A DNA stretch of 64,000 nt. It comes from Euprymna scolopes. Taxonomy: Eukaryota. A model generated the notes under the pieces. The model did no database searches. It saw only the letters and a list, made by a program, of their open reading frames with translations, and was not told where the DNA came from. Below are positions 50,500-63,711 of this stretch, piece by piece (the stretch's first letter is position 1; every line of letters begins with the position of its first letter). The stretch lies in NCBI GenBank assembly GCA_053919585.1, contig CM132802.1; one strand, 5' to 3'. A program made the translations under genes and the position numbers.

Positions 50500-51300
50500 G
50501 CTAGAGAAAATAAAGATTCCTCGCGATTAAGATCGTTCATCCATTCTTTTTGTCAGATTTCACAAGGGAGAATGCAAACGACAACATAAAAGAAATGGTT
50601 CCAAAAAAAAACAAACTGAACGGGAAGAATTCAATGTCACGCGGAATGACGTCTGCAAATAACGAAACATTTCTAACATTTCTATTTTGACGTCTTGACT
50701 GCGTTCAATAAATTGAAAATATATGCACACAGATTTACTTAATTTACAAAAGACAAACATTTGGAAACAGTAAAAGACGATAAATATAATTCCAACTGTT
50801 TCCTACACATGCAAGGACACATTTAGTTTAGCGACGTTAATTTTAAAGCCAATCAAGCATTATAATATATAATATCTTGTTATACAATCTCCGCGACTAT
50901 CATTGGAAATTAATGGTATAAAACGTCAGGTCCTGGTCGTTACAAATCAGCCCATCATTGGGGTCAATTAGGATTTTCTTTTCATATATCCTCAAAGCGA
51001 GTTGTTTTCTTCTTATTTATAGTCGTAACTGTAGAAGGTTATTAAATGCCCTTCTAACCTTCGCTCTTGCATGGTTCATGTTGAGCAATATTTGGCTTAA
51101 GAGATCTGTTACATTATTTCTGTTTTCTCGGTTCGGTGAACTACGAATTGTAATTATTACATCCGTCAGTGCAATGCCAACGTTCTCCTTGGTGATGATT
51201 TCAGTTATCTTCTTATTAATTTATGGCCAGATCGGATTACATTACTGAAGATTTCCTTTTTGTTTCTTACCATTTTCACATAGAAATACCTACTGATATA
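50500..51300 (-). pseudogene. Possible decayed LRR remnant with LRR-CT-like end
   Basis: VRRAFNNLLQLRL*IRRKQL (51001-51058) and EMFRYLQTSFRVTLNS...EPFLLCC (ORF 50560-50760). Confidence 0.35.
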
Positions 51301-51534
51301 TTGTCATTATGCCAGCCAATATGAACACCGCGTCTAGTGGTGTTGTATATATAATACACATTAAAAATATCTTAATTTTCTCTACGGAATGAGTGTTCAT
51401 TTTCGCATGACATGTTTGAACACACTTTAATATTATAGGAATGTATAGATTCTTCCTGTAGCCAGGGATTGAATATTAAGATCAAATATAATCGCATATT
51501 TTCATTGTGCAACTAATTTTAAATTCTAAAATAA

Positions 51535-51554
51535 CACACACACACAAAAGGTAG

Positions 51555-51622
<68 letters not shown>
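51535..51622. repeat. Compound (CA)n(TA)n microsatellite
   Basis: Direct reading. Confidence 0.95.
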
Positions 51623-51625
<3 letters not shown>

Positions 51626-51805
51626 GATCACCGCTTATCAAGGCCCGAAGGCCGTTCGAGGATAAGGATTAATACGCTTGAGGAGGTTGTTGAGATAACA
51701 CAGTAATGATGGGTTGTGGTGGGAATTTGGTAGACTTTTTATAGTTGAGAAGCTTATATACATTGGACTTGAAAACGACAATGTCGTAATTAGCTGAAAA
51801 GCAGC
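51623..51805 (-). mobile_element. Short degenerate family B LINE 3' end
   Basis: 3' stem-loop CTTATCAAGGCCCGAAGGCC..GATAAG plus remnant (V)VFKSNV. Confidence 0.7.
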
Positions 51806-51933
51806 CCCAGGGTATGGGGTTATGAGGATAAAATACACGATATATCATTAAATGAAATTTATTTCATGTCTTAGGATAATCGCATTTCATAGATTCAAAC
51901 AATTCCCTTTAAGGGTATGGATATTTTGAATTT

Positions 51934-53015
51934 GTTTTTTTTACATAGACGTCACCACTTATCAAGGCCGATAGGCCACTCAAGGATAAGGGTTAAAGAG
52001 TGTAGAGTAGTCAAAAGGACAATATAGTAATCGATAATAATGGAAGTTCGGTAAATTTGTTAACCTAAGTGGAACGGCTCATCAGAAACTTGTTCACGTT
52101 GGGCTTAAAGACAACCATATTATAGAAAGCTGGAAAGCAGGAAAACGGAAGACAATTCCACAGGCGTGCAGTTCTAAGGAAGAAGCTTTGATCATGGAAT
52201 CTATGTTTAGGTTTAGGTACAGATAAAGAGTGGGGAAAATTATTGATAATGTTTTCAGCTAGCCTAGTGTTTCTTGTGAAAGTTTGGCGGGGGGGGACAA
52301 TAGATTGAAGCCCAGTCGAACACTTTCCATGAAAATAACGATAAAGCAGAGACAAAATCGCAACATCTCTTCTGTGAGACAGAGGTTGCAGCGAAGAGAA
52401 AAGAGCATCTCCCACCAAGCCCCGAAGTCTATTTTGAACTCTATCAAGGCAGGACAAGTCTTTTCTAGCAGCTCCTGCCCATATGTGGCAACAGTACTCA
52501 ATCCTTGGACGTATCTGGCTCTTATATAGATAGAGAATTGCATCAGCAGTGAGATATCTACTGGATCGATAGAAGGATCTGACCATTTTTCCAGCGGCCT
52601 TGGCAACAGATTTGATGTACGTATTCCATTTAAGATCAGGAGTAACGGTCAAGCCCAGAAGCCTGTCAAAACTTGAGGCCTCCCCAAGACGAGAGCCATT
52701 CATTTCAATTGATGCCAGATGAGGAACAGAACGTTAATGATGTAAAGATAGAATCTTGGTTTTAGATGCATTAAAAGTAACCAGCCACTCCTTTCCCCAT
52801 TGTACAACGTGATCAAGATCAGAGGAGAGAGAATCGGAGAGAACTTGGTCGTTTACTGTCTTAGATGTGCTACCATAGATGGTAGTGTCATCAGCAAAAA
52901 TGTCTACGAATGATGTAAGGATGTGATTTGGAAGATCATTAATGTAGATCAGGAAAAGAGTTGGGCCCAGGATCGACCTCTGAGGGACTCCAGCATTTAT
53001 ACTGTGAGCTTCTGA
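51934..53015 (-). mobile_element. 5'-truncated CR1/Zenon-like LINE, family B
   Basis: PQRSILGPTLFLIYINDLP and IFADD upstream of a stop. ORF 52065-52703 is highly similar to 18900-19784. Stem-loop and poly(A). Confidence 0.95.
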
Positions 53016-54418
53016 TTTTTTTTTTGAAATGATGCAATCAATAATTTAGAAATTCAGGAATTAGTATACTCACAGTGAGTATTCATATTCTATTAATGTT
53101 GTANNNNNNNNNNNNNNNNNNNNNNNNNNNNNNNNNNNNNNNNNNNNNNNNNNNNNNNNNNNNNNNNNNNNNNNNNNNNNNNNNNNNNNNNNNNNNNNNN
53201 NNNNNNNNNNNNNNNNNNNNNNNNNNNNNNNNAGCTAACGATATATGCATTGTATTTTCGCCATTGTAAATAAATTATTACCACATGTTATATATGTCTA
53301 TAACTACGGGTTCATTTTAATAAATTACCCAACAATATATGGCATAAATGCTCATAACATATCTGGTGCGAATAAACAGTCTTTAAAATAATTATTGTAA
53401 GCCTGATCACGCAGCCATTTGCACAAGACAAATAGGATGCAACCTTTCTATCTACTACAAAAGTATTACGAAGTGTATATTGTATATCCTTGTATTAATT
53501 TATGTGAACGACTACAAACTGACGGCGAGAATATAAATTCACAATAATGATAGACTAATTCTTGATTTAATTTTCGTCTGGGGGTAACCTTCATATCTAA
53601 AAGTAAACTTGCTAGTACAAAATCTAACACAATAAGTAACCAAATAATATCGTCGTCACCTCATACGCAATGACTAACATTAGATTAATATATAATGAAT
53701 GAAGTGTCTTACTTCAGATTTCAAATTTCCTGTGTTTATATTGTGGCGAAACTACCTTTTTACCTATGAACGTATTGGTCCACACACAATAAATACCGGA
53801 AGACAAGGTCACGCGACGAGAGTCCATATTTGATGGACTAACAAAAGTTGTTCCCCAGTTAGACGAACAACCCCTACTTTTGTATTTTTAATGGATACGT
53901 TTTTCTACCTTATTTCTGTGTTTTATTTTCTTTTAATCCTTTTAACGTGGTTATAACAATAGCGACGAGAATTCACTAAACTCACAAATAAAAGCTGGGG
54001 TTAAACACACAAGTGTTCGCATAACAGATGCGACAAACATTCGAAGTCGCAAATGGTTGCCGAGTTTACATACCACAGGATTCGTTTAACACCGAGGAAC
54101 AAATGTTTCAGATTGCACGAAACAACAGTATGTATTAAGAAATAGAAAGAAAATATACATTTCGTATCGGAAAAAATAAACTAATGACGAACTACGAGTT
54201 CCAATTATGTCACTTAAAAAAAAAATCTTTTTTTTCGGAAATGCACGAAGCCTTATCGTCGTATTAAAAAAAACAACAACGAAACAACAGCATATCGTAG
54301 TAGGGAAAAAACTAAAGAAGGACACCGTGTTAGCGTTGATCCAAAACACATACAGTGTTTTTTTCTATTCTGACGAAATCTTAACGTATAAACGTGGCAT
54401 TGTTTGCAAAACAGATGA

Positions 54419-54830
54419 TTTTTTTTACATAGTGGTCACCACTTATCAAAGTCCGGAAGCCACTCGGGGATAAGGGTTATTACGTGGACAGTAATCAATG
54501 GGATAATATCGTAGTAATCGTTAGTCATGGAGATTTGATAAAATGTCTTACTTAAGGGGGCGTTTTATCAGGAATTTGTTTATGTTTGACTTGAAGACCT
54601 TAAAGTTGTAGTCAGGTGGGAAACAGGCAAACAGAACAGAGTTCCACAGGCGTGCACTTCTAAGAAAGAAACTTTGTTCACAGAATATACGTTTTTATTT
54701 TGGCACAATTATAGAATGGGGAAAATTATTGACAGTGGTTTCACTTAGACGGATGTTTTTCGTGAAAGATTAGAGGGGGGACCAGAGATTGGAGCTCAGA
54801 CGAGAAATTGCCATGGACATAACGATAAAT
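54419..54830 (-). mobile_element. 5'-truncated family B-subfamily LINE
   Basis: Similar to 41408-41800 (FFLRSARLWNSV..FPPDYN). Stem-loop and poly(A). Confidence 0.9.
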
Positions 54831-55299
54831 ACGAATAATATAACATTAATAAATTGCTGCGTAAAAAAATGTGAAAAAGAATATTTCATTTTTGTTTGCC
54901 ATTTCTTAGTTTGTCCACTACGGTTACTCATCGGATAGTCTGCATTGAATAAAAGAAATTGAACTACGATTAATTTTTGTATTTACTGCTAAATATTTTA
55001 GAACAATTCAGTGTATATTTTTCTTTAAACAAGAATTTTGATTTAGAGAAAACACTAATACTTCCAAGGGACTATAAAAAATAAAACATTGATATTGTAA
55101 GTATAGCAAACTGCCAATGTTTTTATTGAGTGCAGAACTAGAAGAAAAGGAATTACTGTTTCTTTTTGTTTCTGTATTGTACTAAAAATCATAATTTGTT
55201 TAATGAACATGGTTTGGATATAACAACACTGTATATTTGTCGTTTTTACAAACTATAAAATATGGACGCGCTTCATGGAACGTTAGAGTACAATTAAGA

Positions 55300-55460
55300 A
55301 TAAAATCAACAACAATTATTCGAACACCAGAAACGTACGGACGACAAAGAATAAAAAAAAATACAAGAACTATTGGTAAAATAACAACATTAGCAACGGT
55401 AACAACAACAACAACAACAAAAGTTGCAACAACAACAACAACAAAACTAATAAAACTACG
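55300..55460. repeat. Degenerate (AAC)n tract
   Basis: Direct reading. Confidence 0.8.
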
Positions 55461-55570
55461 GGCCCAGCAACATGACATGTCCAGAAAAAAAAGTCGTAAA
55501 ATATTATTCGTCATCTGAGAATAATACCGCGTTTTCACAAGATTCAATATGCAATGGAAGTGGCATCTAC

Positions 55571-57325
55571 TTTTTTTTTTATTACATTTTCACCCCAAAC
55601 AAGGCAAATTGCCACTTTGGTGTAAGGGGCTACTATCAGGGGCAACAACTACTGGGGTACTATGTAGGGATTTGGGCAGCAAGGTGTCGGTTCACGTTAC
55701 ACTTGAACTTCTGCACGTCAGTACTGTTGGGGAAGCAGGGACCTGGAATGGAATTCCAGAGTCTAGCGGTTCTGGGGAAGAAATTATTGGAGTAAAAAGA
55801 TATTTTACATCTAGGGATTTCTACAGTGTGGGGGTGGGATTTAGCAGCTTGTCGGGTTTGTCGAGGGTGCTCACGTCGTGGGGGAACAAGTGATTGCAGT
55901 TCGTCAGAGCATTCACCACTAAAATACTTGTAGAAAAGGTAGAGGGATGCAACATTTCGTCGATGGGACAGAGGCTGAAGCTTAGATGCCAGTTCAGGGC
56001 CTATCAGGTTTGCGACTCTCTTTTGAACCTTGTCAAGGAGCGAGAGACTAGTAGCAGATGCACCAGCCCAGATGTGGCAGCAATACTCCATACATGGGCG
56101 AATGGTGGCCTTATAGAGGTACAGGATACTTTCGGGTGTTAGTAGTTTTCTAGCACGGTAGAGAGAGCCCACCTTTCTTGCAGCGGCCCTGGCAATGCCT
56201 TCAATGTAATTGTTCCAACTCATGTTTCCTGTGAACGTTAGGCCAAGGAGTTTGAAAGATGGACTCTCAGATAAAGAGTCGTTGGCCATTGCTATGGGTG
56301 GTAGAGAGGGTTTCTTGTAATTATTGAATGAAACTAGTTTAGTCTTGGCAGCATTGAACGCGACCAACCACTTTTGTCCCCATTCCACTACAGATTGGAG
56401 GTCTTCCTCTAGTGTTTCTGCCATTTCTTTAGAAATGTGTTCATTTGTCTTTCTGTCGTGCCTGCCATAGAGTGTAGTGTCATCAGCATATATACCCATC
56501 TCAGAGCCAATGTTGTCGGGGAGGTCATTTATGAATATCAGGAACAATAGAGGTCCAAGGATAGAACCCTGGGGCACCCCCGCATTTATATCATATTGTT
56601 TAGATGTACGACCGTCGAGGACAACCTGGATTTTTCTTTTATCTAAGAAGGATTTGATTATGTCAAGTATTCTACCAGTGATACCTTATGATCTGATTTT
56701 ACTGAGGAGACCCTCATGCCATACCCTGTCCAAAGCCTTAGATATATCTAGAGCTACCGCTCTGCCCTCCCCCGCTTTGTCCAGTGAATGGTATATACGT
56801 TCAGAGATCACAGTTAGGATGTCTGCTGTGGAACGGGCTTGTCTAAATCCATATTGTTTGTCAGTCAGTAGTTTAGCATCTGTAAGATGATGGACTAGAG
56901 CATGGTTAATTATGGTCTCAAATATTTTGGCAAAAAGCGGGAGGAGGCTAATGGGGCGATAATTTGATGAGTCAGTCCTTTCGCCAGAATTCTTGAATAC
57001 TGGTACAACAGAAGCAGTTTTCCAACAGCCCTGAAAGCAAGCTTCATTAAGGCATTTGTTGTAGAGTTTGGAGAGAACTGGAGCTACTTCGGCTGAGCAC
57101 TTTTTTAATAGCACAGCTGGGATAAGATCGGGTCCACATGCTTTTGAGGTGTCAAGTTTTTTATGATAGCATGCACCTGAGCAGGGGTAGTTTTCAGATC
57201 GTCTAGTGTGGCGTCTGTCCGCATAGGAAAGTCAGGTAGGGGGTGGTTGGAAGGGTCATTGTGGAGTTTGAGGCAAACCGACTGGCAAGCATGTTAGCCT
57301 TGTCGGTTGCTGAGGAGACAACCTC
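55571..57325 (-). mobile_element. Longest LINE copy (family A), containing the whole RT domain with one nonsense codon
   Basis: ORFs 56686-57114 (NYRPISLL, QYGFR, ALDISKA.DRVWH) and 55660-56577 (PQGSILGP, YADD, MEYCCHIWAG) are in the same frame, separated by a TAA at 56686-56688. Frameshifted linker runs to 57325. A-rich tail. Confidence 0.96.
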
Positions 57326-59439
57326 GTACTATTCCGTACTAGAAAAAAGTACGTCATTTTCAGATTGCAATAGAAGATACGATAAATAATTCGTATAGAC
57401 TGCCAGCATGGTCCTAAAACAAAAAAGCTAGTTTGCTCTGACGTAAATTGGGGGAAAAATATAATAAATTCTTGGAATTTATTTTGCCAGGAAAAATTTG
57501 GGAGATATCTTTCGCCGATTTGAAAGATCTTCTTCCAGAACAGTTTAGACAAAAAAGTGTCTCTATATTTTACATTGCGACAAATTTAAACTGTAAGCCC
57601 TCTGTGCGGACAATTTTTAATGTCTAATATTTGCTCAAAGAATGACACCAAATTGAGATGCTGAAATCAAAAGGTGTGTTCTAACAAAACCAGAAAAGAA
57701 TTGAATTTAACTGTACAATAATTAACAGTAGCTCCTCAATTCACTTACGGAATCAACCAATCAATCTATGCAGAAAAATGAAAAATGCACTAATGGATAA
57801 TTAAGGAGAGAAAGACAAACAGAAACTTCAGCTGTTATAGATCACGAAAGACTGAAAAGAAGACGAAAATAAACCGATCTCATCCCCTAATCCAAACTAA
57901 GAAACAAAAAAGGCAGGAAGGACATTTTCTTGGTTAACCTAAAGTAATGACGCCGTATCAAACCGACCAATATTACTACGGATGATTTTTAACCGCATAC
58001 CTAAAGTACACTACAATATATCCCGGTGGCCACCCTGTTTTTCCCAGTATTGGAACTTCCTCTACCTTCAGTCAATGTCACTCAAATATATTACGGTAAG
58101 CAGATTAATAGAACCCAAACAGTTTTTCCACAATATCGAATAACTACCAGGCCATTTTAACCGATGCCTCTTCCTTATCGACAGTTCCCGGGTTACAGCA
58201 CTAGATGAACTTCCCTGGGTCATTAGCACAACTTGTCTGATTGATTATTAAAATCGGGGTCCTAAGTGAGGTTGTTGATCCCTAATTATTTGTGGCTGAG
58301 TAAGTAACCCATTATTCTTTCCAATTCTCTCGATTATTACATGAGAAAATAGCAATAAAATATTTTCTCTCTGGTACAAAATATCAAAAAGAAAAAAAAA
58401 ACGTTTGCTATTAACAATTAATCTTCCCCAGTCGTTGAGGAAATCGAAATGCTCAACAACACATTGATACAATTAATATAAACATTTTATGTTGTTAGTG
58501 CCTTTGGCCATTTATTGACCCGTGTTGTAATGAAGGGTGATTCTTTTTTCAATTGATTCCATCGCAGTTATCCTGTAGTCTTATACGATATTTGTTTATA
58601 CATCAAATACTTTTTCACTCCCACACACACATGAAAATCACCGCCACTCAAGGACACCGTTATTTGTCAGTTTCATACTATTTATTACAAAGAAATAGAT
58701 GTGAATCATTCGAGTCTGACCCGGTCAATTGCTGAATCATCGTCTCTCAAAATGTCTGGAAGTCACTGTGCGTTTGAACATGTCTCACATTCATGTATAG
58801 ATTTTTAAAATCTTACTCTCTCCTACTCTCTTTAGATGTTCCCTCTCTCTTTTTACATTTATTCACGACGACCACAAGCAAAACCTTTAAAAAAATCATA
58901 TTCATTTTCTATCAAGTAAAATTTATATTTTAACTTTTCTTTCAACCGTTAAAAATTAGTTCCTCCACTGTTCATCCACGGACAATTTTCCTGGAGTGTC
59001 ACCGTCAATATGTTCGTCATTTCTATGACTTTCGTCGATCACAATACACAGAAAATGGCTGCCATCTTCCCTGTTCACAAAGGTGGGCTTTAATGTGGTC
59101 TACCTCAGAATTACTGGAGGTGGTGTGTGTGTTGTTCGCTATGTTTATTTCATTATTCTTTCACTATCTTCGTAACTTATGAGTATTTTTAATTGTCTGT
59201 GTACTTTTGGGGTTAGGACTAGTCTGTTGGTAGGAAACTTTTCATCATATCAACAACTATTTTATATTGTTTTCATAACCTGTCTAATTTTTAAATTATT
59301 TTTTTTTAATTTAAACAAAAGCACAATCGATACTAACCATTATATAACGCCACCACAAAATTACGTGAAACAAATGTCACAGTGACATTTTATTCATGTA
59401 AATTACAATGAGTTTCTTGTATTGTTTTATACGAGTTTT

Positions 59440-60340
59440 GAATGCTTCTGTTTTTCGTGTCAAGTTATTGCATCCTGCCCGATGTAGCCGTAATTTAATT
59501 AATTGTCGTCTCGTTTTCCTCTTCACACTCGCCATCGCTTGGTTTATATTTATATCAGCGTCGCCAATTTAGGTTAGATTATTTTATCATCCTCGTCAAC
59601 GTGCTCTACATGATTCTTATAACCATCATTCCCATCATCACTATAATTATCATTGTCCTTGTATTGTGGCTTATTTTTTTATAATCAGCAACGTGTTCTA
59701 CCTTATTATGTTTATCGTCGTTATTATCATCGGGTTCGTCATCGTTGTCATCACTTCTTTCACTTAGTTTATTTTCATAGCCATCATCGTCATAATCACC
59801 TAATGATAATCATTGTCGCATTCATTATTCAATTTATTGCTGTAGACATTGTCGTCTATCATATCGTCATCTATCGTACCTTTATCAACAGCATTACGCC
59901 CGTCATCATAATTATCTTCATCAACATAATCCTCATCCAACATTTTCCTAAAGTACAATGTCGATTTTTTGCCAGAGAAAAAAAAACTGGGCGTTTTTAT
60001 TTCTTTGTAGGTGTAGTAGTAGTGTTAGTAGCAGTAAAAGTAGTAGGACTAAAAGTAATAATACTAGCATTACTAGGTTTAACTCGCTACCGATCTCCGT
60101 CGTTATTCTTCTTGGCTATTCCTTCCTTATCTCTGGCACAGTGCTTGTTATAAAATTCAGCCATATAATCATGATAGGAAAATTATGCTTTTACCCCATC
60201 AATATTCTCGTTTATATTCGCAGATCGATGTCATCCTTTAAAACGTTAGCTTGTATTCGTCGGTCTGAACATCGTTATCTTCACTAAAAGAATTATTGTC
60301 GTTAACGATTATAACTTTTAAACTACTGCTGATGTATTCA
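59440..60340. repeat. Decayed (ATC/GTC)n and (TAG)n low-complexity region
   Basis: Pervasive CAT/CGT/TAT triplets and GTAGTAGTA tracts. Confidence 0.7.
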
Positions 60341-61237
60341 ATTGTCCGAATTCTGTTGTGTGCCTGTCAACAGAATCATATATTGTATCGTCCCGTGCCC
60401 ACTGTTTTTGTGGGGTGTCACCATCAGTAATATGTTCGTCATTGCTATAACTTTCGTAGATCTCAATGCACAAAAATGTCTAGCTTTTCTTCAGTTAACT
60501 GCGTGCCATATTCTCAGTNNNNNNNNNNNNNNNNNNNNNNNNNNNNNNNNNNNNNNNNNNNNNNNNNNNNNNNNNNNNNNNNNNNNNNNNNNNNNNNNNN
60601 NNNNNNNNNNNNNNNNNNNNNNNNNNNNNNNNNNNNNNNNNNNNNNNNNNNNNNNNNNNNNNNNNNGACTCCGAAATGACCAAACAGATTTTCTCTAAAA
60701 TTCACGGACCTCTGGTATATAGGTCTGGGAGTGATCGTCGTTAAGTTTTGTCTCGGGATACTGCCGATAATTTCCGATGATCGATAATCGAATCTGTTAT
60801 TTAAATTTATCATCGGTAAAGCCATTTTTTCTATGTTGCTTAACAACAATGGTAGAGCAACCGGCTGTGTAAATTTTACTGACGGTAAGTCAATAGTATG
60901 TTTGTTTGCTTTTGTTTCGTTTTTGTTTTTGCATGAAGTGGTTTGTAGGTTTAAACTATGCGCTTACATTTCTAATTTTTTTCCATTAACTGCAAAGAAT
61001 TTTATAAGACTTGCAAATTTACGTCTTTTTTTTATTTTTGCGTGATGTGGTCCGTAGGTTCGAACCCCACACGTACATTTCGTAATGTTTTTTTTTCGTT
61101 AGCTGGAAAGAAGTTTATCTAAGATTATGTTATAAAGGAAACAGTAGCTCAATGTAGAAAAACATATATTTTAGACTAACCTCATGTATGGATGCATGTG
61201 AAGCATCCTCCCGCGTGATTTCACGGATTTTGATGAC

Positions 61238-61267
61238 AATCCCGAGCAATATCGGGTCTCCCTGATA

Positions 61268-61270
<3 letters not shown>
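61238..61270 (+). mobile_element. Helitron-like 3' end before (TA)n at 61268-61309
   Basis: Hairpin CCCGAGCAATATCGGG followed by TCTCCCTGATAG|T. Confidence 0.4.
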
Positions 61271-61315
<45 letters not shown>

Positions 61316-62508
61316 CCGCTCTCCTACCTGCTGTTTTCTTTTTTCCCTATCACTTTTCGTCCAGTGTTTTTACCCAGTCTCTAACTCGCTTTAAATATTT
61401 TACCCCTTTTGTTTCTATTTATCTTCTTTTTTGTTTGAAATCCGAAATTGTCATCTTTGTATTACCTGAATTAACCAAACTAATCTAAACAGAAAACAAA
61501 AAATAAAATGGAAAACGCAACCAATAACAACGAAACAATTTGAATTGGCACAGGATAAAGTGTTTTTCACTAACATAGAATGCACTTAAAAAGTCCAACC
61601 TATCGAAAAGTTTTTTGACGATTTCTGTCCTCGCCAATATCAACCTGCGCTTGGAGACACAAACCACTTGGTATTTTATTTTGATTACTTCTGCAGTTGC
61701 TATTGACGTAACTAAAGTACCAAATGGAACGTGGGGGGCGGACTTACTTAAGGATAATGTAATGCGCATTCTATTTTGAGCTAAATTGCCATTGCATACG
61801 TTATTGAAAAAAAAACAGTGAGATAGTGGATCAGTTAGACAGATGGACAGAAAGGAATCAGAGACGTAGAAACGTCAACTAATATTGAGAATAACAAAGG
61901 AGGGCATGATCAATAAAAAAAAAACTTAGCAACTTAGCATGTAAATTGAAGGCAAAAGCTCTTTTACAAACGCAAATTATACATCTATCTAAATGAATCA
62001 ATGCTAAATTTGTCTTCCAAATATATTTCTGTATTAACATCGAACGAGGTTTTATTATTTAAGCAAACACATTGGTGTGTAATATATAGTTATCATCTTC
62101 CTCTAGTAGCGTTTTGCATTTTTTTGCATATATATTTAATTAACTGTACACTAGCAAGACCTGTGGAAATTCCACAGCGGCATCTCTCCTATGTAATATG
62201 TTGCTGCAGTCATTCTATGGGCGTTAAGCATGAATGAAGACACCATCATATCATTCTAGTTTTTTTGTTAAAATTGTATCGCCACCACCCCCTTACTAAA
62301 ATAATAAATTTGATATATTGTCTAAGCTGGTGATTTCATTACGAACACAATTAACTCACATTTCAGCATTTTCCATAAATCTTTGATATGTTACTAATTT
62401 CGACTATAATTTTTCCTACTTTTAACCCACATTATTGCCCAAACTTACTAAAATAATAACTTTGATATCTTATCAAAAGTATAATCAAATAATGTAATGT
62501 TTAGTGCG

Positions 62509-62705
62509 TAAACGGTTTCATTTATTTCCGGGACTGATTTCATACCCCCACCCCACTGTTAAAATATACACGAAATGAAGTACTGTTTAAATCGTAAACA
62601 GTTTCAGCCATTTTCGGGACGGACTTCATATCCCCCACTCCACTGTTAAAAATGTACTTGAAATAAAGTACTGTTTAAATAATAAACTGTTTCAGTAGCT
62701 TTTCG
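62509..62705. repeat. Minisatellite, ~87-bp unit x2.3
   Basis: TAAAC.GTTTCA...CGGGAC.GA.TTCATA.CCCCAC.CCACTGTTAAAA...AAGTACTGTTTAAAT repeated. Confidence 0.85.
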
Positions 62706-63711
62706 AAATTAACACTGTTAGGGATTAGGTAACTATTACTTTAACATGAATTTCTGAGTGTATTCGGCATTCCAGTTACTTTGATAATTATATATATATA
62801 TGCATATATATAGATGCATATATATATATATATATATTCGAGAGAATTGTGTTGTTTTTTACCTAGAGAATAACTAATAAAAGCAATTATTTCTTAACAA
62901 CTTTGCATGTACCAGAAAGATAAAATCCTAAATCTTATAGAATAAAAACTAAATAATATAAAACAATATATAAAATTGTTAATCGAATTTGAAATTTTAA
63001 TTTTACCCTAAAAAATCAATGAACAATTTTTCACACTCATCTTACATATTTTCTAATTTTTTAAAATCGATTCAACTATTTTTATGTCTAAATAAAAATA
63101 GAGAACATCTGTTATAAGAATATGTAAATGAAAATGTGTGAATAAAAAAGCAAAGAAATAATTATATTTTTAAGGAAATTAATTTTATTTTGTTTCGATA
63201 GATAAATAATAGAAGTATTTCTTTTCATTAAACAAAGTAGAAAATAGAAAATTAAATAAAACCAACAAGAACTATTATAAACCAATGTCAAATCACTTGC
63301 ACATATTTTTTAAATATAAAAAATACTATCAACATGCCCCGTTTTTTAATTATGAAATAAAATAGCCTATTTGAAACAGTAAACAGGTATTTTGTTAGTT
63401 TGGGAAAACTTTTGCAAAGTAAATCGTTTAATTCCTCTGTCAAAGATACAGAGCTACTTTAAAAGAAAGATGGATAACATTAAACGACAGTTATTTGGAA
63501 GATAAAAGATTTAAGAGTGACACACAAAATGACACACACTATCTTATTGATATATAAAGTATATAGAAGATAGCGGATTCCGTGTAAATTACATGGAATG
63601 ATATTTTCAATACTAATTATCTTGTTCCTAACTTGTACATGTTAGGATAAAATGTGATGAGATTTGAGTTGATTATATAATTTCAAAAAATGAACAATAC
63701 ATAAAATATTT

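Noticed and set aside
55472-56890. Plus-strand ORFs over LINEs (also 4106-4620, 52284-52529)
   Set aside because: Antisense shadows of the LINE RT ORF.
59653-60287. His-rich, hydrophobic 166-aa and 109-aa ORFs
   Set aside because: Translation of decayed ATC/GTC/TAG repeats.
61045-61075. tRNA gene from B-box GGTTCGAACCC
   Set aside because: No A box or cloverleaf; at most a SINE remnant.
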